A stretch of DNA of 64,000 nt, taken from positions 8,331 to 72,330 of the forward strand of contig JACAFD010000056.1 in NCBI GenBank assembly GCA_013388555.1, read 5' to 3'. The DNA comes from Nitrospirota bacterium. GTDB taxonomy: Bacteria; Nitrospirota; Nitrospiria; Nitrospirales; Nitrospiraceae. Position 1 is the first letter of the stretch; every line of letters starts with the position of its first letter. The notes below the pieces were generated by a model that was given only the letters and a program-made list of their open reading frames with translations, did not search any database and was not told where the DNA came from. Shown in pieces: positions 63,346 through 64,000 of this stretch. Position numbers and translations under genes: made by a program.

Positions 63346-63888
63346 CTAGATCTTCGAGGCTTTAAGCGAAGAAGGGGGTTCAAGCGCAAGGCGAATTTGA
63401 TAGGGCGTAGAATTCGCAAGCGGTGTGGAGATAACCCTGTACGCTTCAGAAAAAGCGATGACGTCGATTCCCATATAATGTTGGGGCAGATTTTGAAGAC
63501 GAGCGAGCCCGCTGCGCGTGAGTTTTTGCGCGGCTTGTTCGTTGCCGAGGAATCGCTTGAGGTTTGCGGCAGCGAACTGGATGAAGGCCTGGAGGAAGTT
63601 TCCCTGCTCGCTGTTGCGTCCCATCGTGTGCCACAGCCCCTCGAAGACCTCGTGACATTCCCACCAATAGGCGAAATTGTAGAGGTCAATTCCATACAGA
63701 TAGTCCTCAGAAGTTTGCCAGCGGTCGGCAGGGAATGGCGTGGGTTTCGGCTCCGGCAGTCCATAGGAATGCCCGCGTGGATCACGGCGCGGATGTGGGC
63801 CTCTTCCGGGCACGAAATGGTATGAGGGGAAGGGACGGGTTGAGTAGCGGGGCCAGTGCGGGTCGGGCGGTTCAGGCTCAGTCACCAC
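63346..63888 (-). CDS. DUF309-domain protein
   Basis: 180 aa. [21 protein letters not shown] matches the DUF309 core (LFN..yyWEaHE.lE..W), from memory. The competing ORF 63183..63785 runs into repeat A2 and is rejected. Confidence 0.65.
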   Translation of the reverse strand: MVTEPEPPDPHWPRYSTRPFPSYHFVPGRGPHPRRDPRGHSYGLPEPKPTPFPADRWQTSEDYLYGIDLYNFAYWWECHEVFEGLWHTMGRNSEQGNFLQAFIQFAAANLKRFLGNEQAAQKLTRSGLARLQNLPQHYMGIDVIAFSEAYRVISTPLANSTPYQIRLALEPPSSLKASKI

Positions 63889-64000
63889 GGCACCCGAAGT
63901 TGCTGCAGTCGACTTGAAATACCATCCGGTCTTCTAATCTCATGGCTGTGAGCTGTCGCCCCCATACACACCCGCTGTCGATGGCTATGAGATGTTCCTC
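63878..64000 (-). CDS. C-terminal fragment of an ApaH-like metallophosphoesterase (N-terminus outside the window)
   Basis: Hand translation of the minus strand from 64000 gives [40 protein letters not shown]-stop (TGA at 63880-63878). This resembles the ApaH C-terminus (DTGCvWGG.LTalRlED). It overlaps the DUF309 gene start by 11 nt. Confidence 0.5.
   Translation of the reverse strand, partial: EEHLIAIDSGCVWGRQLTAMRLEDRMVFQVDCSNFGCRGD

Noticed and set aside
63183-63785. 200-aa minus-strand ORF overlapping the DUF309 gene
   Set aside because: Its C-terminus (..FFSSLLFSAAC) is a translation of repeat A2 and the rest is Ser/Arg-rich. The alternative frame 63346..63888 carries the DUF309 core motif.
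1-64000. Mobile genetic element, prophage or defence island
   Set aside because: I found no integrase, transposase, recombinase, phage structural gene, toxin-antitoxin pair or restriction/defence gene in any frame. The only mobile-looking content is the non-autonomous hairpin repeats.

Overview
Gene-dense, moderately GC-rich bacterial chromosomal window. My guess is a Nitrospirota-like organism, based only on gene order and repeat style, which I cannot verify here.

The backbone is housekeeping:
- A complete dcw cluster without mraZ: rsmH-ftsL-ftsI-murE-murF-mraY-murD-ftsW-murG-murC-murB-ddl-ftsQ-ftsA-ftsZ.
- A ylm-like tail: pgeF-proC-yggT-divIVA.
- pgsA, then pilC with a PilS/PilR-like two-component pair.
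- ispE, prs-rplY-pth, ychF, rpsF-ssb-rpsR.
- The yceD-rpmF-plsX-fabH-fabD-fabG-acpP-fabF-rnc lipid operon.
- Two exported cyclophilins, folD-metF-panB, cstA and yajQ.
- No tRNA, rRNA, CRISPR array, transposase or integrase was seen.

The most unusual content is at the left end (about 858-8607). A co-directional cluster encodes:
- a split TPP decarboxylase of the phosphonopyruvate/sulfopyruvate decarboxylase family;
- a PhnW-like aminotransferase;
- a LicC-like nucleotidyltransferase;
- a fusion of a degenerate nucleotidyltransferase domain to a CDP-alcohol phosphatidyltransferase;
- three tandem 339-codon UPF0104 (MprF flippase-like) paralogs. Each later copy still carries a fossil of the 3' end of the upstream transferase gene.

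I read this as a 2-aminoethylphosphonate head-group synthesis, CMP-activation, membrane-transfer and translocation system. No PEP mutase gene is present in the window.

The second theme is a set of modular, nested, GC-rich hairpin repeat families. They occupy nearly every long intergenic gap, usually at gene or operon 3' ends, and they generate spurious ORFs.

Other items:
- a multi-helix candidate RNA upstream of the dcw promoter;
- two short-period inverted repeat arrays (9-mers between ssb and rpsR, 7-mers upstream of folD);
- an exported protein with exact 10- and 9-residue peptide periodicity;
- a beta-propeller / Cys-rich / PilZ operon.

All calls rest on reading the sequence and ORF translations by eye. 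No database search was possible.
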